Positions 49,415 to 62,709 of a stretch of 64,000 bases of DNA are shown here, one piece after another. Source of the stretch: Cystobasidiomycetes sp. EMM_F5 (Eukaryota). The stretch covers positions 1 through 64,000 of the forward strand of contig JBPGPT010000023.1 in assembly GCA_051047955.1 (NCBI GenBank), written 5' to 3'. A model generated the notes under the pieces. It was not told the origin of the DNA, did no database searches, and was given only the letters and a program-made list of their open reading frames with translations. The first letter of the stretch is position 1; every line of letters begins with the position of its first letter. Made by a program: the position numbers and the translations under genes.

Positions 49415-50716
49415 ATGGAGACTGGACTGAACGGTACATGACATTACTTCCAAAAGCTACTCTGATTGACTAAGGCACAGAAGCTTTCCAGGCGTGACAT
49501 GCTGCGTTACGGGCGCTAACGGCGGGATCGGCCTGGCGACTGTCAAGCTGTTTCTAGGTGTGCACAGCTCGTGGCTTTCGGGCGCTTCTTCTACTCAGTC
49601 TTCTGTAAATCCTTCCTGCAGCACAAGGTAGCACCGTGCTAGCTCATTACAATCGCAGCAAGTCAAATCTAGAGAATCTGGGCGCGGCGTCAAGCAATCT
49701 CAGATGCGTACAAGCTGACCTACGCGACGAAGCAGCAACCGACCGCCTCTTCGATGGTCTGAAATGTCAGCTTCTGGTTGGTACGGTTTATCTCATCCCC
49801 TTCGCTTGATAGGTCGCTCTCTGAATCAATGATTCAAGTCAACCATGCCATATACGAGAACAAGTCCGCCCCGATTCGCGATATGTCCTTACAACAATGG
49901 CAATCGACGATCACTGCTAATCTGACAAGCTCTTTCCTGGTCATTCGAGCATTTTTACGACAGCTGGAGAGCTTAAGCAGTGAAGAGAAGGAAAAGGTCG
50001 CCATCGTACTGATTGGCAGCACGGCCGGCAAGTACGGTGAAGCTGGTAGGCATACGATTGTCGCCTTAAATCAGCGGAAGTTGAGGTTTCCAAACCTCAC
50101 GTAGGCCACGCCGACTATGCTGCAACGAAATCAGCTATGCAAGGAGGATTGATGCTCAGTCTCAAGAACGAGATTGTCAGAATAGCTCCGAAAGCCCGCA
50201 TCAATACCGTTGCGCCAGGTGAAAATGGATCCTGCTGACTGGAGTGCTGCTTTGACTGAACCGGGTTGCTCATTCAACAGGCTGGGTCGCGACGCCTATG
50301 GCAGCAGACGCTCTTGGAAACGCGGATATAATGTATCAAGCTCTTGCGAGGTATGACTTCGCCCAAGGTGCTAAGCGGTTGGCTAAAACTTCCAGCGTAG
50401 CACTCCCCTTCGAAAGGTGGCAACGCCAATCGATATAGCCAACCAGATTGTGCTGTTGTCGAGCAATAAGCTATCTGGACATGTAACAGGCAAGTCACAT
50501 CTCTGCAACTCAGACATACATTGCATCGTTTCCGCTCACAACTTTGACACGATAGGCCAAGTACTGATGGTAGAGGGTGGCATGGAAGGCAGGTTACTAA
50601 ATCGTAAGCCCACATTCTTCGCCCACCTCGCAATGTCAGCAACCATTAAGCTAAAGATGAAACTCTCAGAAAAGCAAGACATCGATTTTGATACCCTGAA
50701 AGCGATGGTGGCTTGA
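49415..50716 (+). CDS. Short-chain dehydrogenase/reductase
   Basis: VTGANGGIG Rossmann motif, IGSTAG, YAATK catalytic motif, RINTVAPGWVAT, GHVTGQVLMVEGG. Confidence 0.93.
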
Positions 50717-50809
50717 GGTTTCCGGTCCATCTGCATATTGTGCGTATTCCGAAAGTGTACGTTTGCGTCACTATCGAGTCTTCATTCACACAAGCTTCAT
50801 CGGTCATGA

Positions 50810-50843
50810 TCACGTGTATAAATTGTGCGCCTGATGAAATTTT
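50810..50843 (+). promoter_or_regulatory. Candidate UTP18 promoter: TCACGTG E-box, TATAAA and RRPE-like TGAAATTTT
   Basis: The motifs cluster 40-75 bp upstream of the UTP18 ATG; RRPE is known from ribosome-biogenesis genes in yeasts. Confidence 0.4.
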
Positions 50844-50883
50844 GGCACTTCATTCAGCCAACTTGCTGTAGCCTGTATGAGCC

Positions 50884-52907
50884 ATGAATATGCGAAAGAG
50901 AGCTGCAAAGCGGCTGAAAGTCTCTACGGGCGATGGGCCTGATGGGGATGCCGCTTATAGGCGCAAAGTAGCCTCTGCTGGCCGACGTCTTGCAGCGAGG
51001 CCAAAGACGGATGAAGAGAAACGATTAGAAGAGGCGCTGTTTGGAGTTGATCATACGCCAGTACTGGGAGGCGACGATGCAGACAATGGTTTATCAGCAG
51101 AATTGGACTGGCTGAGCAGAGCGCGAAACCAGAAATTGGAACAACACGGCAACGACAACGATGAAAATGAAGCCATCGAAGGCCTAACTAATGACGATGT
51201 GAGCTTTTGATGTTACCAGAATGTCGTGACGAAGCTAAAGTATTATACTCAAGCTTTTTATGCTGGATGAGCCAGGCCCTTCTACGAGCATTGGCATCAG
51301 TCCTTCAGATACCGATAACGATGACGGCGAGCCAGTTACAAATGATGATGAGGATATTTCCGAGTCAGAAGAATCTGCTTCAACTACGGCCAAACAACCT
51401 CCTGGATCTCGAGCGCCATTGTGGCAAGATCCAGCCGATGCATCCACGTCCGTCTCGCTAAAGTCTGCAAACAGACTGCGGAAGCTTCGAAAGACAGCGG
51501 ACGAGGATACCTTAGACGGTGTCGGATATGAAAACCGGTTGAGACAACAGTGAGCTCGTAATACAAAGAATAGCTAGCGAAGCCGACTAACAATACATGC
51601 CAGTTTCCACAAGATACACCCGTCTCCCTCATGGGCTACAAATGCTCGCTCAAAGCAGGCCTTAGTTGTCAAGGGACGTCGCACGGGGGACGCAGACGAT
51701 GCTGCGGATGTCGATGAAGACAATATATCAGTCGAGACTCAACGAATACTCCACAACTCTTCAGCCGGGATTCGAAAATTGAGTGGAAGAAGCGTACCGT
51801 TACCTGCTGGTGAACTCCAGATTGAGCGTTTGCGAGACGTCAACCAAGTCGAGACGACCAAATCGCCCATTACGGCCTTGCAATTTCACCCATCCGCACC
51901 AGTACTTTTTTCAACATCAGAAGATCGTCGATTACGATTGTATCAAGTGGATGGGTCACACAATCCGCTTGTACAGTCTGTGCATACTCCAGACCTCCCA
52001 ATCAGCGCAGCTGCTTTCCACCCTAGCGGATCTTCAATTCTCCTTACGGGAGACAGGCCCTTCTTCTATTCTTATGATCTTCAAGCGGGGCGAATCATTC
52101 GATCGCCGCGTAGCCTGTGGTCTGGCGGGCTGGGTGGGTCAGATGGGCAATCAAATGGAAAGAAAGGTGGATCGATGGAGATGTTCAAATTTTCACCGGA
52201 CGGCCGCTTTGTGGCAGTCGCCGGGCGCAGAGGGCATGTGCATCTGCTTGACTGGGGATCGGACGGCAAAGGCATGATGGCCGGCGGAAACGGAGGCCAG
52301 GTCGTGGGTACTGTCAAGATTAATTCTGGTATCTCCGGCTTGGCCTGGAATCGAAGCGGCACGGAGCTTGTGACGGTCGGCGACGATGCACAGGTGTATA
52401 CTTGGGATATGGGTACTCGAAAATGCTTGCAGCGGTGGACAGATAACGGCGGTTTCGCGCCAACGTGTGTTCAGATGGACGGTGCCGAACGCTATTTCGC
52501 AATTGGGTAAGCATGATGTGCCTAGAAAGACGTGAATTTACTAAATTTAGATGTGCAGGTCGCGTTCAGGCATAATCAACCTCTACGATGCTAACAAGAC
52601 GTTCTCAACCAGCTTGGGCTCTACTCAGAGATTGCCCTTGAAGTCCATCATGAACCTCACCACCAACGTGACCACTCTGTCTTTCAACAAACCCTCGGAG
52701 ATTCTCGCAATTGCGTCTCGCTCCAAGACCGACAGCCTCAAATTAGTACACCTGCCGAGCGCTACAATCTTTTCAAAATGGCCTACGGCAGCCACTCCGC
52801 TAGGACACGTTTCCGCTGTCGGCTTCTCCAGCTCGTCCGAATTCATCGCCATCGGTGGACACAAAGGGCGAGTCTTGCTGTACAATCTGAAGCACTACTC
52901 GCAATGA
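50884..52907 (+). CDS. UTP18: U3 snoRNA-associated WD40 protein Utp18
   Basis: EEKRLEEALFG, PLWQDPAD..RLRKLRK..YENRLRQQF, IERLRDVN, FHP..RPFFYSYDL, LVHLPSATIFSKWPT..TPLGHV. Confidence 0.95.
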
Positions 52908-53121
52908 TTTCGCCATTCTCGCTGTCTGTCAGACACTAAGACCATGTTGTTGTGATAGTTGCGTCGGCGGAAGATCAAGGGACTGCGGCACATTTGAAGC
53001 GTCGAAGCACTTGTCCAGCAGTCTCCGTCTGAACCTTGCCAAATCTCGATCGGTATAGGTATTGGAGTATCTCCCAAGTCGACTAAGGCCTCACTTCTAC
53101 ACCACTACAACTCCGACCATC

Positions 53122-53720
53122 ATGATGCTCGCTCGTCCTGCTATTGCCCGTGCGGCAGTTCGACCTGTCATGCGCCCTCAAGCTCGCTTGATGCGTGCGT
53201 TTTCGCCTCGTTCCGTCGAAACACAGAAGAGCTCTCGCTGACTTTTCTGATGACACATGTGGTTCTACAGACATCGAGAACACTGTGTGAGTATGCTTCG
53301 AGGAGTGTTTGGCTCAGTCTTTGGCTGCGGGAGGCTGACTTGCTCGCGGCTTTATCCGGATTCTCAATGCATTGGCAGCGGCAATGTAAGAGAGCATCAC
53401 GGATGCGACCTTCAAGCGATCGTTCTGCTTATCTACATGCTCCATGTGTTGCTTTCAGAACATGCCATTCAAGTACAACAAGAAGGGTCCCCTGGCCTTC
53501 AAGGTTGCGGGCTGGATGAGTCTGGGATTCGCGTAAGCGGACTTGTCGATGTAGCATTTATAGTACACCATACTGATTTTATTATGCCTCCTTAGACTAC
53601 CATTTGTCGCTGCGCAATGGCAAATGTACGGGAGGAATTTTACTACAGCTTCAGGTTGATCTTTCTTCTGACTGACAACGACACTCTTACAGCTCCAAGT
53701 CTGCCGGTCCCGCTGCGTAG
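53122..53720 (+). CDS. COX8: Cytochrome c oxidase subunit VIIc (yeast Cox8), 6 exons
   Basis: Spliced MMLARPAIARAAVRPVMRPQARLMHIENTVGNNMPFKYNKKGPLAFKVAGWMSLGFALPFVAAQWQISKSAGPAA: presequence, NMPF motif and GFxLPF transmembrane helix. Absent from the ORF track. Confidence 0.9.
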
Positions 53721-53971
53721 ACTATTTGGAATCCAGCCTTCGAGTTCAGTGTACATGGCACACCTGTGTAGACAGTTGCATGTCAACTGCGATGGCCGTT
53801 GTTGAGTTGGAGACGGTATTCACCCAAGTCCTGGTTATAACGTTTGATCTACATATTGTCGCTTCTGACTTGCTGCATTGGCTATCTTTGCCATATATCG
53901 AAACATCCAGGTAGTGTCTGTACTAGTTGCCTATCTTGCTGTCGTTACAATCCAAGTCAGCGCTGACCGCC

Positions 53972-55865
53972 ATGACCAACGCAAAAGCGATAAAGATGCC
54001 AGCCATGCCTCCGGAGCTGTATGCTGTCATTGGGGACAATATGCCCACCCTAGCCATGTCGTGCGGCCGGGGTCTCAAGACATCGGGAGCTGCTGGCAGG
54101 ACGTTTGATGGCAGCAGCGCATCAAGCACCACGTCGAGCAAGAGCAAGTGGTGCGTGGATGCAGAGTTGGGTAATAACTTCAAGTGGACTATGCCGCTGA
54201 GTCTGGCCATCCTTGAATAGGGTCTGGCGGGAGTTTGACAATCCAGCTAGAAAGGATAACCTCCGTCTATACCACTGGGAGCGGATACCTCTTACAGAAC
54301 AGACAAGTAACGCGGATGCGGCTTCTCAGGACATCTCGTCTTCTTCCTTTGCGAAATTCAACGTTTCGACAAACGTATACTCATACTCCACGGATGAGTA
54401 CTTGAGTCACCTGCGGGATGACACGGGGGACTGGTCGCGAGAAGAGACAGACTACCTCTTCTCGCTGTGCCACGAGTACGACTTACGCTGGATTGTCATC
54501 AAAGACCGATGGGATTGGCGAACCTTTTCAGGTCAAGACATCCAAACAGATCCACCTACAGTCACGCCGGCAACAGCCGGCCAAGGTGTGGTCAATGGAC
54601 CAACTGACCAGCCTGTTCCGCCAAGCGAAGCTACCGGGGACGCCAGCCAAAATATGGATGCGACTGTCCATACAGCGAAAGAGACGCCAGGTCCCGAATC
54701 ATCATCCGTCAAAGGCGATAGGGACGCTAGTAATGCAGAGGCTCCCAATGAAGAAGTCGTCGTGGAAGAGACTATTTCCGTGCCGCAGACCGAACTAGCC
54801 GCTGCTGCAAAGCCAATAAATCCAGCAAGAAGACGAAACAAGCAGCTGGACCGCAGTATCGAGGATATGAAGGATCGCTACTACAGTGTTTGCCGGCGTC
54901 TCATCCGAGCTCGCCCAGTGACAGACGACTCTGCTCGTGCCGCACTGTTACATTCGTACGCTTTTGAAAAAGGTACGGCCCGAAAAATTGGCCAGTTGTT
55001 GAGCAGATGCATTGTTAACGATGTCGCATTCTTGGCAGATCGCGAGATTGCTCGCAAGAGCCACATACAAAATGTGCTCTTGAAGCTGTCACCCGAACAG
55101 CTCGCGGAAGAAGAATTTCTTTACGTTGAATCCAGACGCCTGGAGCAAACTTATAATGCAACTTCCAAAGAGAGGGACGATATGTGGAGACTTCTTGGTG
55201 GTGTCGGTCCGGCCCCAGGGTCTGCACTTTCGGCCAATTCGCCCTTTGCCGCTAGCCAGTCCCAAATTAACCCTGCACAGCCAGCGGGCCTGCCGTCTGG
55301 CGGTCCTGCCAGCGCCAATGCAAACAAGAAGCGTCGTCGAGGTGAACTTGATTTGCTTGACGAGCAGAGGACGACAACATCCTCGACCGCCGTTCCTCAA
55401 TTCACAGCAGCTCAAGACGCTGCACTCTGCATAACTCGCTACGACAATTCCACTCCGGCAGCCACTGCGATGCGGCCTGCGGTGTACTTGCGAAGCACCA
55501 AGCCTCCCCCATTGAAGACGGCGTTGGCACCTCGTATTACGGCTGCTTTGAACGAGCACAAAATTGCCATGCGGCTGGCGATGCCGACAAAGTCAAACAT
55601 GGACAAGCTTGACGCTCTTGTAGGAGCCATCACAAATTTACTGGACTGCAAGAAGCAGGTCGAGAGGGCCGAGTACGAGCTTCGTGTGCTCAAGACGCGC
55701 AAGGAAGCGGCCATGCGCGTCGAAGAGGAAGACCGGTTGCAGGCCAAGCTGGAACAGGAGGAGCGCGAGCGGAAGGAGCGGGAGCAGAGTGGTCTTTCAG
55801 TAGACGATGCGGCATCGGGACGGAATCGGAGTGCATCTAGCTCGGGCATGGAAGTGGACGCCTGA
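53972..55865 (+). CDS. SWC4: SWR1/NuA4 subunit Swc4/Eaf2 (DMAP1)
   Basis: ELYAVIG, WVWREFDNPARKDNLRLYHW, FAKFNV, DWSREETDYLFSLCHEYDLRWIVIKDRW (SANT), RSIEDMKDRYYSV, VYLRS. Confidence 0.93.
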
Positions 55866-55909
55866 CATTATCCGCCATCGTTGTGGTGAATTGTGTTATT
55901 CTTGCATCA

Positions 55910-57666
55910 ATGATGCTGAGCTCGCCTGCGTCGTACACCCCAGCACAGCTGCTGCTTGCCAGAACACCTCCGACGCTTGCGACTGCTGCTGCGTCCACGT
56001 CTGCTGCTGCACCACCGCGTCCTGCCGGTTCATCGTTTCCTCACCGTCGCGCTGCACCCACGCCGCTCGCTGTAGCCCCGCTGACGATACATCCTACGTT
56101 TCAAAAGAACGCAAGGAACCCGGGCACAGTCAAGGTAATTATCGAGAGCAGCCGCAATGTCTTCTACGTACACCGCGACGTCATGGCGTTTGGCTCGTCG
56201 TTCTTTGAGGCTATCCTAGCTGGAGGATGGCTGGAATCCTCGAGCGACGCTGCGTCCAGCCTTTTGGATACTCAGCAAACGGGCGTAGTAGTGAATGCGA
56301 CACCCGCGTTTTTGAGCAATGCAGCACGACATCGTGTTCAAACGCCACCAGGCAACGACAACGATGCCATCACAGACTGGACGGCTGCAAACCTGACGAA
56401 TAGCTTGAGCACTGCGTCTCCATCAGTCTTGGATAACGGACCTTCCTCCTTCTCCGCGTCGCAGGACACAGATACAGCTACGCAGCGTTCAACCTTTGCG
56501 GACGACATCAAGGAGTTAGGCATCACAGTCGATCCCCCAGCTCCGGAAGGTGAGCAGGAGACAGTAGGGGAGCAGGATGCATACGAGGATATTTCCAAGA
56601 AAATCGAGGCACGGATCACACTACGTGACGAGAAGGCTGCGGCATTCCAAGATTTGCTGTTCTTTCTGTATCCCCATCTTGACTGTGTCATACACTGGAA
56701 CAACGTAGCCGAATTGATGGCAATGTCTAGCAAGTTTGACATACCCCTACTAAGCCGACATTGCGTAAACTTCCTCATGGCATCCGCCGCTGGGAAGCCA
56801 ATTATGGCATTGAAGATTGCTGACGATCACTCTTTGGTCGACCTTTATCGCGAAGCTTCGAGGTATCTGCTCGACAGCTGGACTTTTCTTGAAGAAGCCG
56901 AGCTGAGAATACTGTAAGGACTGACTGCGAATCGATGGCCAGACGGCACTTCGGCCACTGACATCGTAATCATACCGCGCAGGAGCCATGTAACGCTTCT
57001 AAAGCTGGAGAAGCGGCGAAACTGGTTCCTAGAAAGATTGCTACAGCTCGGTTTAGTAAACGTCGGCAAGGACTATGTATGTACTCCAACTTGTCCGGAC
57101 TCTTCACACTGTTCAAGGATAGTGAGCCCCGCTTCGTCCGCTGAGTCAGCCGCTCAACTGATATTGAGCGTTGGCTAGCTCGAGGACAAGTGGAAAGCCG
57201 CTTGGAGCGCGACTTTCCGATACGGCTCACCAACACCATCAAGCGTCTACAGAAGCCTTCGCATGCTCGAACCCAGCGTTTTAAGTCCGGCTTTACACCT
57301 GCCTCTCACGTCGTGTCAAAATCATGCTAAAGCGTAGGTCTTCCATCCTCATGACCATCGTGACCGACGACATTGTTGATCCGTCTGATTCTTCGCAGCT
57401 GGGTACAAGACCTCTTCGATCGTACGCATATCCCCAGCGTCTACATTGAGTGTTGAGTGTAAAGCATGCTGACGCGACTGCCAGGCCTGTTTTCGCTTGG
57501 GCCAATGACAACTCGCACAGCAAGTCGGGCCCCTTTCTCGGATCCAACATCGAACAAGAAGTAAGTTCTCACACACCAGCGGCTCGACACAAGCCTTCCT
57601 GACATTATTGCGGGGTGTTACCAAAGATACTTCCTTTATATCGATTGGAAAGCTCCGGCCGTATAG
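55910..57666 (+). CDS. BTB/POZ domain protein
   Basis: FYVHRDVMAFGSSFFEAIL, ITLRDEKAAAFQDLLFFLYP, KFDIPLL. Spliced C-terminus LLKLEKRRNWFLERLL..KYFLYIDWKAPAV. Confidence 0.85.
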
Positions 57667-57818
57667 CAGTGTCGTTAAATTAGTACAAGACCGAACAAAC
57701 ACGACCAGTCCCGGATAGCACATGCAGGCGAACGCAGTTCAGTCATAGTCGAAGCTGTTGTTGGCAAACGCTAATCTTCAAGAAAGTTTCAAGCTATCGA
57801 AAATTTTGAGCATATCGA

Positions 57819-59922
57819 CTATTGAAAGTCATACACCTTGACAATGCTACCTGTGCCCGCCGGGTTTGAGCAGATGGCGACGATGCGACTTGCATCTGCA
57901 TCGACCCAATCGCATCGCCCGATATCGCCAGATGCGGTGGTTACGACATCAGACTCGGCAGCAATGGACGCACAGATATCATTGCTTTCCCTAACTTGAA
58001 CAGTTGCGCCCCAATCGCCTTGCATTTGGAGTGCGTGAACATCACTGTTCACGTCGAGACTGCTAGCTGTGACCTGCACTTGGGCAGGATGTGGCAGCTC
58101 CCACACCTTCACACCATCCAAACCTGTGGAAACGCATCTTCCATTCGATATGCTGACGGCATCGACTGCAGCCGTATGACCGAACAAGGTTTTGACTTGG
58201 CGGAGTTTAATGGGAGGAAGTCTGTGGGGCCTTAAGCATGACTGGCTTGCAACATCAGACCGTCCAGCATCTAATGCGTCCACTAGCTCGTAGACCGAAA
58301 TTGTGTTGTCTGTTCGACTCGCTACGATCAGATTACCATCTTGCTGTATTGCAGTGATTGGGCTGGCTTGTTGTGCCTGATTCAAGTCTCGAAAGGCAAG
58401 TGATGACTCTCCCGCGTAGCCATACCGCGTTGACGACGGAAGGGCAACGGTATGCCTGCTAGTAACGTCGAGTCTTGCTTTAACACCTTTGCCGGCAGCA
58501 TTCCTCGTTTTCAATTCAGACGGAATGTGTACGGCAAACACCTGTGTTCCTACAGTGAATCCAGATGGGTAGTAAGGTGTAGCGTAAGCCAAGACAACGC
58601 GGAACTTTGTCGGCGCAGTTCCTCGTGTTTCCGGAGTCGCATGGAGTCTCAGAAAAACAGGAGCAAATGCCAGGTGTGATCGAAGTATCGGCTGCGACAG
58701 CGAAATGTGCAAGTTCGTGGAAGATGCAGCCGAGTCTGACCCGCTTTCATCATTTTTGAGTGCTAAATCTAGGGGACTAGCTGCAACTCGATCCTCTAGG
58801 ACGCGGAATCGGACAGAGTAATCGTCGGCTACGGTCACAAGGAGTGGGGTGTGGAACCTAGCCAGTATAGTACGTCTCGACGGAATTTGCGGACAAAAAT
58901 ACTCTTCGCAAAAGGTGAAAGATTTGTTGGCGTCTTCAGGTGAATCCGGCTGGAGCATGTTCCGCAGGCGAAAAACGCTGTACTGTCCAGATGTGTAGAA
59001 CACTACTATACGTATATCCCCTGAATACGAGTACGGCAAGTTATCCAATTGCATTTCTGCTATACCCTGAGTCTCGCCGTCTTGACAGTCCGCCAGGCCA
59101 GGCGACACGATTTCCGCTACAGCACTTATCGAAGGCAACGCTGTGTACAAGGTCTCGGAAGACTGCGCTCCATTGGAAGAATATACATAGATCCGGGGAA
59201 GCGTGCCGTCTGTCGAAGGCGTCCGTTTCGCTACTAGATAAAACGAACCACACCACGCAACATGCAGGTCGCGTTCTCGCTTAATTGATGGAGGGGCCGG
59301 TCGCAGTGGCACTTCATCAAAGACATGGTGAGGGTCTGCGACGCTGCTGCCTAATATCTCGAGATTGTCGCCATCACCGACCAGCGAAAGCGGAAATTGT
59401 GGCAAAACAGCTTCTCGGATAGCGAGCTTGGTCGTCTTTGCATTCCCGGTGGTCCAGTTATAGGATATTCTGAAGAGGTCTTTCCATGTTTTATGTCCTA
59501 GCGAGTACAGACTTGGGAATGCCGTTGAGTCAATGCCACCGTCGATAGAACGCCGCTGGTTTCTCCTGGTGTCAGACCTGCCGAAGCGCTTCAAGTACAT
59601 GTTTCGCCATAGCTAGGAGATTGGTAATGTACGTTAGCGTTCGGTACTATCCTGCAGCGCGACGTGAGGTGCTGACCTGGTTATCGTTCGAAAGATGGTA
59701 CAATCGCTTGCAGATTTGAATACTGAGGAGATCCCGAAGGTCGAGATAACCCATGCAGTGTATGATGAGCTCGTCTGATAAATCGTTGAATGATGATCCC
59801 GCTGCCGATGGCTTTGCCTTATCTTGACCGTTTCGATGCCTTGCTTTCTGACGTCCGTGTTCCATCCCTCCCGCATCTGACCAGCTGTGGTCGTTGTCCA
59901 AATCATCTATGCGTCTCTTCAT
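57819..59922 (-). CDS. F-box protein with C-terminal WD40-like region
   Basis: FNDLSDELIIHCMGYLDLRDLLSIQICKRLYHLSNDNQ|LWRNMY, WKDLFRISYNWTTG, TLFGHTAAVDAVS..GVKVWEL, VKVYDF. Confidence 0.9.
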
Positions 59923-61151
59923 GGTCACCAGAGCGCATGTATCAGCTGGCCTTACACCAAGCGGGACCCTCGCGCAATGGAACTGCCTTGCAATTGCTCT
60001 GTGATCGAGCTCAAATCCGTCGACAAAGCAATGCTAGAAGCTCAAGATGTCGTCTGGCCTACGCACGGAAGTCGTCAGTCATCATGACTTTGTGAAATCC
60101 CACACTGCGCCTTCAAGCCTTTCTGCTATCGAGTCCCGGTATCCCTCCTGGTTCAATGTGGAACAGGCTTTTCAACGCAGGCAACGTGGAAGTAGGGCAC
60201 AATGCCGAGTCGCACACGAGATCGCAATTAATGAGCAGGCGAATACATCTGCTGGCCTTATATTCCGTTCCGTCCTTTGGCTGCCTTACCACTGACTATC
60301 GCGTTTTGCCGGGCGGGAAGCGATTTTCGAGAGAGACATGAAACCCGCCAGTGCATCTTCTTTGTTCTTTCAGACAGCTCTGCCGATTGTCTCGGCACGC
60401 AATAACCCGTAGAGTAGCCTATATGTTCTTCCAAGGAGGGGAAGGATTGTTATGCCCAATAATCACGCAAAATATGTTTCATTGCCTCAGATTACGTACA
60501 GCAAACTAAATTCCGCTTCCTCCAGTCTGATACGTTTCTGGCATGACTAAATGCTTTCTATATACCCAACGAGGTGGTCCCATTGACAATTAGCCCTTAC
60601 TGGCGCTCAGGAAGGGTCGGCGACCGAGTTATACGACATCGGATGGCTAGTAGAGGCGAATGCGCTGGGGCTAGTGGTAAATGCACTAGTTTAACGACTG
60701 CAACCTCCTTATACACAAACCAAAGCAGAGTAGGAGGTAGGAGATGGGCAATGCATGTCTGCACGCCGCAATTTGACAATTTGACGAGCGGCATTCGTGA
60801 CTGCCCTTCCGACTTGAGTGACTGGTCGCCTCTTACTGACGGCACCTGGTTGTTGTTCATGGCGCATGTTGCACACATTGCGGGGCACCACTGCAACGCG
60901 TTCGACATTTACGCGTCGTTGGGATCGTCCGTCACGTGTAATGCATCGGAGAGTAATGTGGCGAACGATCCGCAAAAAAGTACGATGCGGAAGTGCGCGA
61001 GAAGGTGCAAGAAGTGTCGTCATAGCAAGCCAATTGCATCATGTTGTACGCTAAAGTAAACAAGATCGAGATTCGTCCAGGCGTAGTCAACGCGTCGCCT
61101 TGCTGCTTTGCTTTCGATACCAAGAAAAACAATATCTCACATATAAACATC

Positions 61152-61614
61152 ATGTCCAACGAACAACCAGAGAGAGTTACAAGCGGTGGTTCTGATGAGT
61201 CGCATCTCACAAAGTCCGGCGAGCCGGATAAGCGATTCAAGGTGGGGCCAATCCAAAAACATACGGACGATAGTGTGGCTTACTGAGACGGAACCGACAC
61301 GCAGGAGCATGGAGGTGGCAGTCACGGATCTCAGGGGCAATCGTACGAATCAATCGGTGACGGGTCGTCTTCGTTGAGAACCGAAACCCAGCCGGACGAT
61401 GACGGTCCCTACAAGCCGAAGCTCCACGACGGCAAGAAGCAGGATGGAAGCGACGATTCGCGAGTCAGTAGCGAGCATGGTTTCGGTGAGTGCTAGGCAA
61501 TGCTGGCGGTTCGAATGAGCTAATCCATCTGTAGGCGGAGATCGTCAACGCGCCAGCGAGAGCGGACAGAAGGGCGGTTCTGCTTCTTACGAGAATGGCG
61601 GATTGACCAACTAG
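61152..61614 (+). CDS. Small hydrophilic stress protein with KGG (Con-10-like) motif, copy A
   Basis: Spliced MSNEQPERVTSGGSDESHLTKSGEPDKRFK|EHGGGSHG..YKPKLHDGKKQDGSDDSRVSSEHGF|GGDRQRASESGQKGGSAS; introns 61242-61304 and 61486-61534. Confidence 0.8.
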
Positions 61615-62054
61615 GGAAACATCAATACGGAAAACCTTAATACTGGCGCGGTTGTAGTCAGCGCGTGTTTGCCAATAATGGCGGAGCTCCATGTAGTGCG
61701 GGGAAGCCAGAAAGTGAGAGAGTCGAAATCACGGCTAGGGTCTGCCCTCTTGCACCTTTTGAGCACTGTCACTGGGAATCAAATGTAGCAGCTACGATAT
61801 TTTGACACGTTGAATCGTGAATTGCCTTTGCTCGCAATTTTGGCTTGTTTACTTTCCTAACCCGACCCGATTGATTGATCTGCAGCGGTCTGCCGTCGCC
61901 AATTTCCGTGCGTCATCAAGGATAGTCTCGGTAGTGATATCATCGCGAAAGAACGGAGTAGACCTCATGAGACATACCCGATATCGCTGCGTGTCTCTCT
62001 TTGTAACTTAACGCCAGCAATTCACCGAAGAACTCTTGCCGTCTGTGAAATAAG

Positions 62055-62405
62055 ATGTCATCGAACCAGGACGCACCACGAGTCAATTCCGTGAGATGCC
62101 AGCAACCCTAGACCTTCGCATATCGCTGATTGCGGGGCACTTAAGGGCGGATCCGACGAATCTCACCTTACAAAGTCCGGCGAGCCAGACAAACGCTTCA
62201 AGGAGCACGGAGGAGGAAGCCACGGCAATAGTGGTTAGTTTCCTATCGAGGCTGCTGTGGGAAGCGTTAAATTACGCGCGAGTGCTAATTTCTCCGACAT
62301 TCAGGCGGCAGAGAGACAGGATTTGAGGAAGTCGGATCTGGCAGTTCCCAGATGGCCACCAAGAACAACACAGACCTCAACAAGGAGCTGAAGGAATCCT
62401 CTTAG
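62055..62405 (+). CDS. Small hydrophilic protein, tandem paralog (copy B)
   Basis: Spliced MSSNQDAPRVNS|GGSDESHLTKSGEPDKRFKEHGGGSHGNS|GGRETGFEEVGSGSSQMATKNNTDLNKELKESS; introns 62091-62145 and 62234-62304. Confidence 0.8.
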
Positions 62406-62709
62406 GGCTTGACAGATGTCACGTTGTATCGCTGAGTTGCCAAATCAGGCACATCCTCGCGGGGCCCTCATAGGTGGCGACAATGACCTATTCCGGCTGC
62501 TTTGAGACTCATCAAATAGTACGCGTTCGCGCTATGTACACCACATCATGCTGTGAACAACCTCGTCCTGAAAACATACTCCAAACATCTGCCCAAACAC
62601 TGAACGTCACCAGCTACCGAACTGTTTAGCAGGCTGACCGACAGAACACAACTTACCCATTCGTACAGCGACGCTTTCCTACTCCCATTAAACAGCGCTC
62701 GCACACAAC

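Noticed and set aside
60606..60622. GGAAGGGTCGGCG as RNase P CR-I
   Set aside because: It has an extra nucleotide relative to the consensus and I found no CR-V partner.
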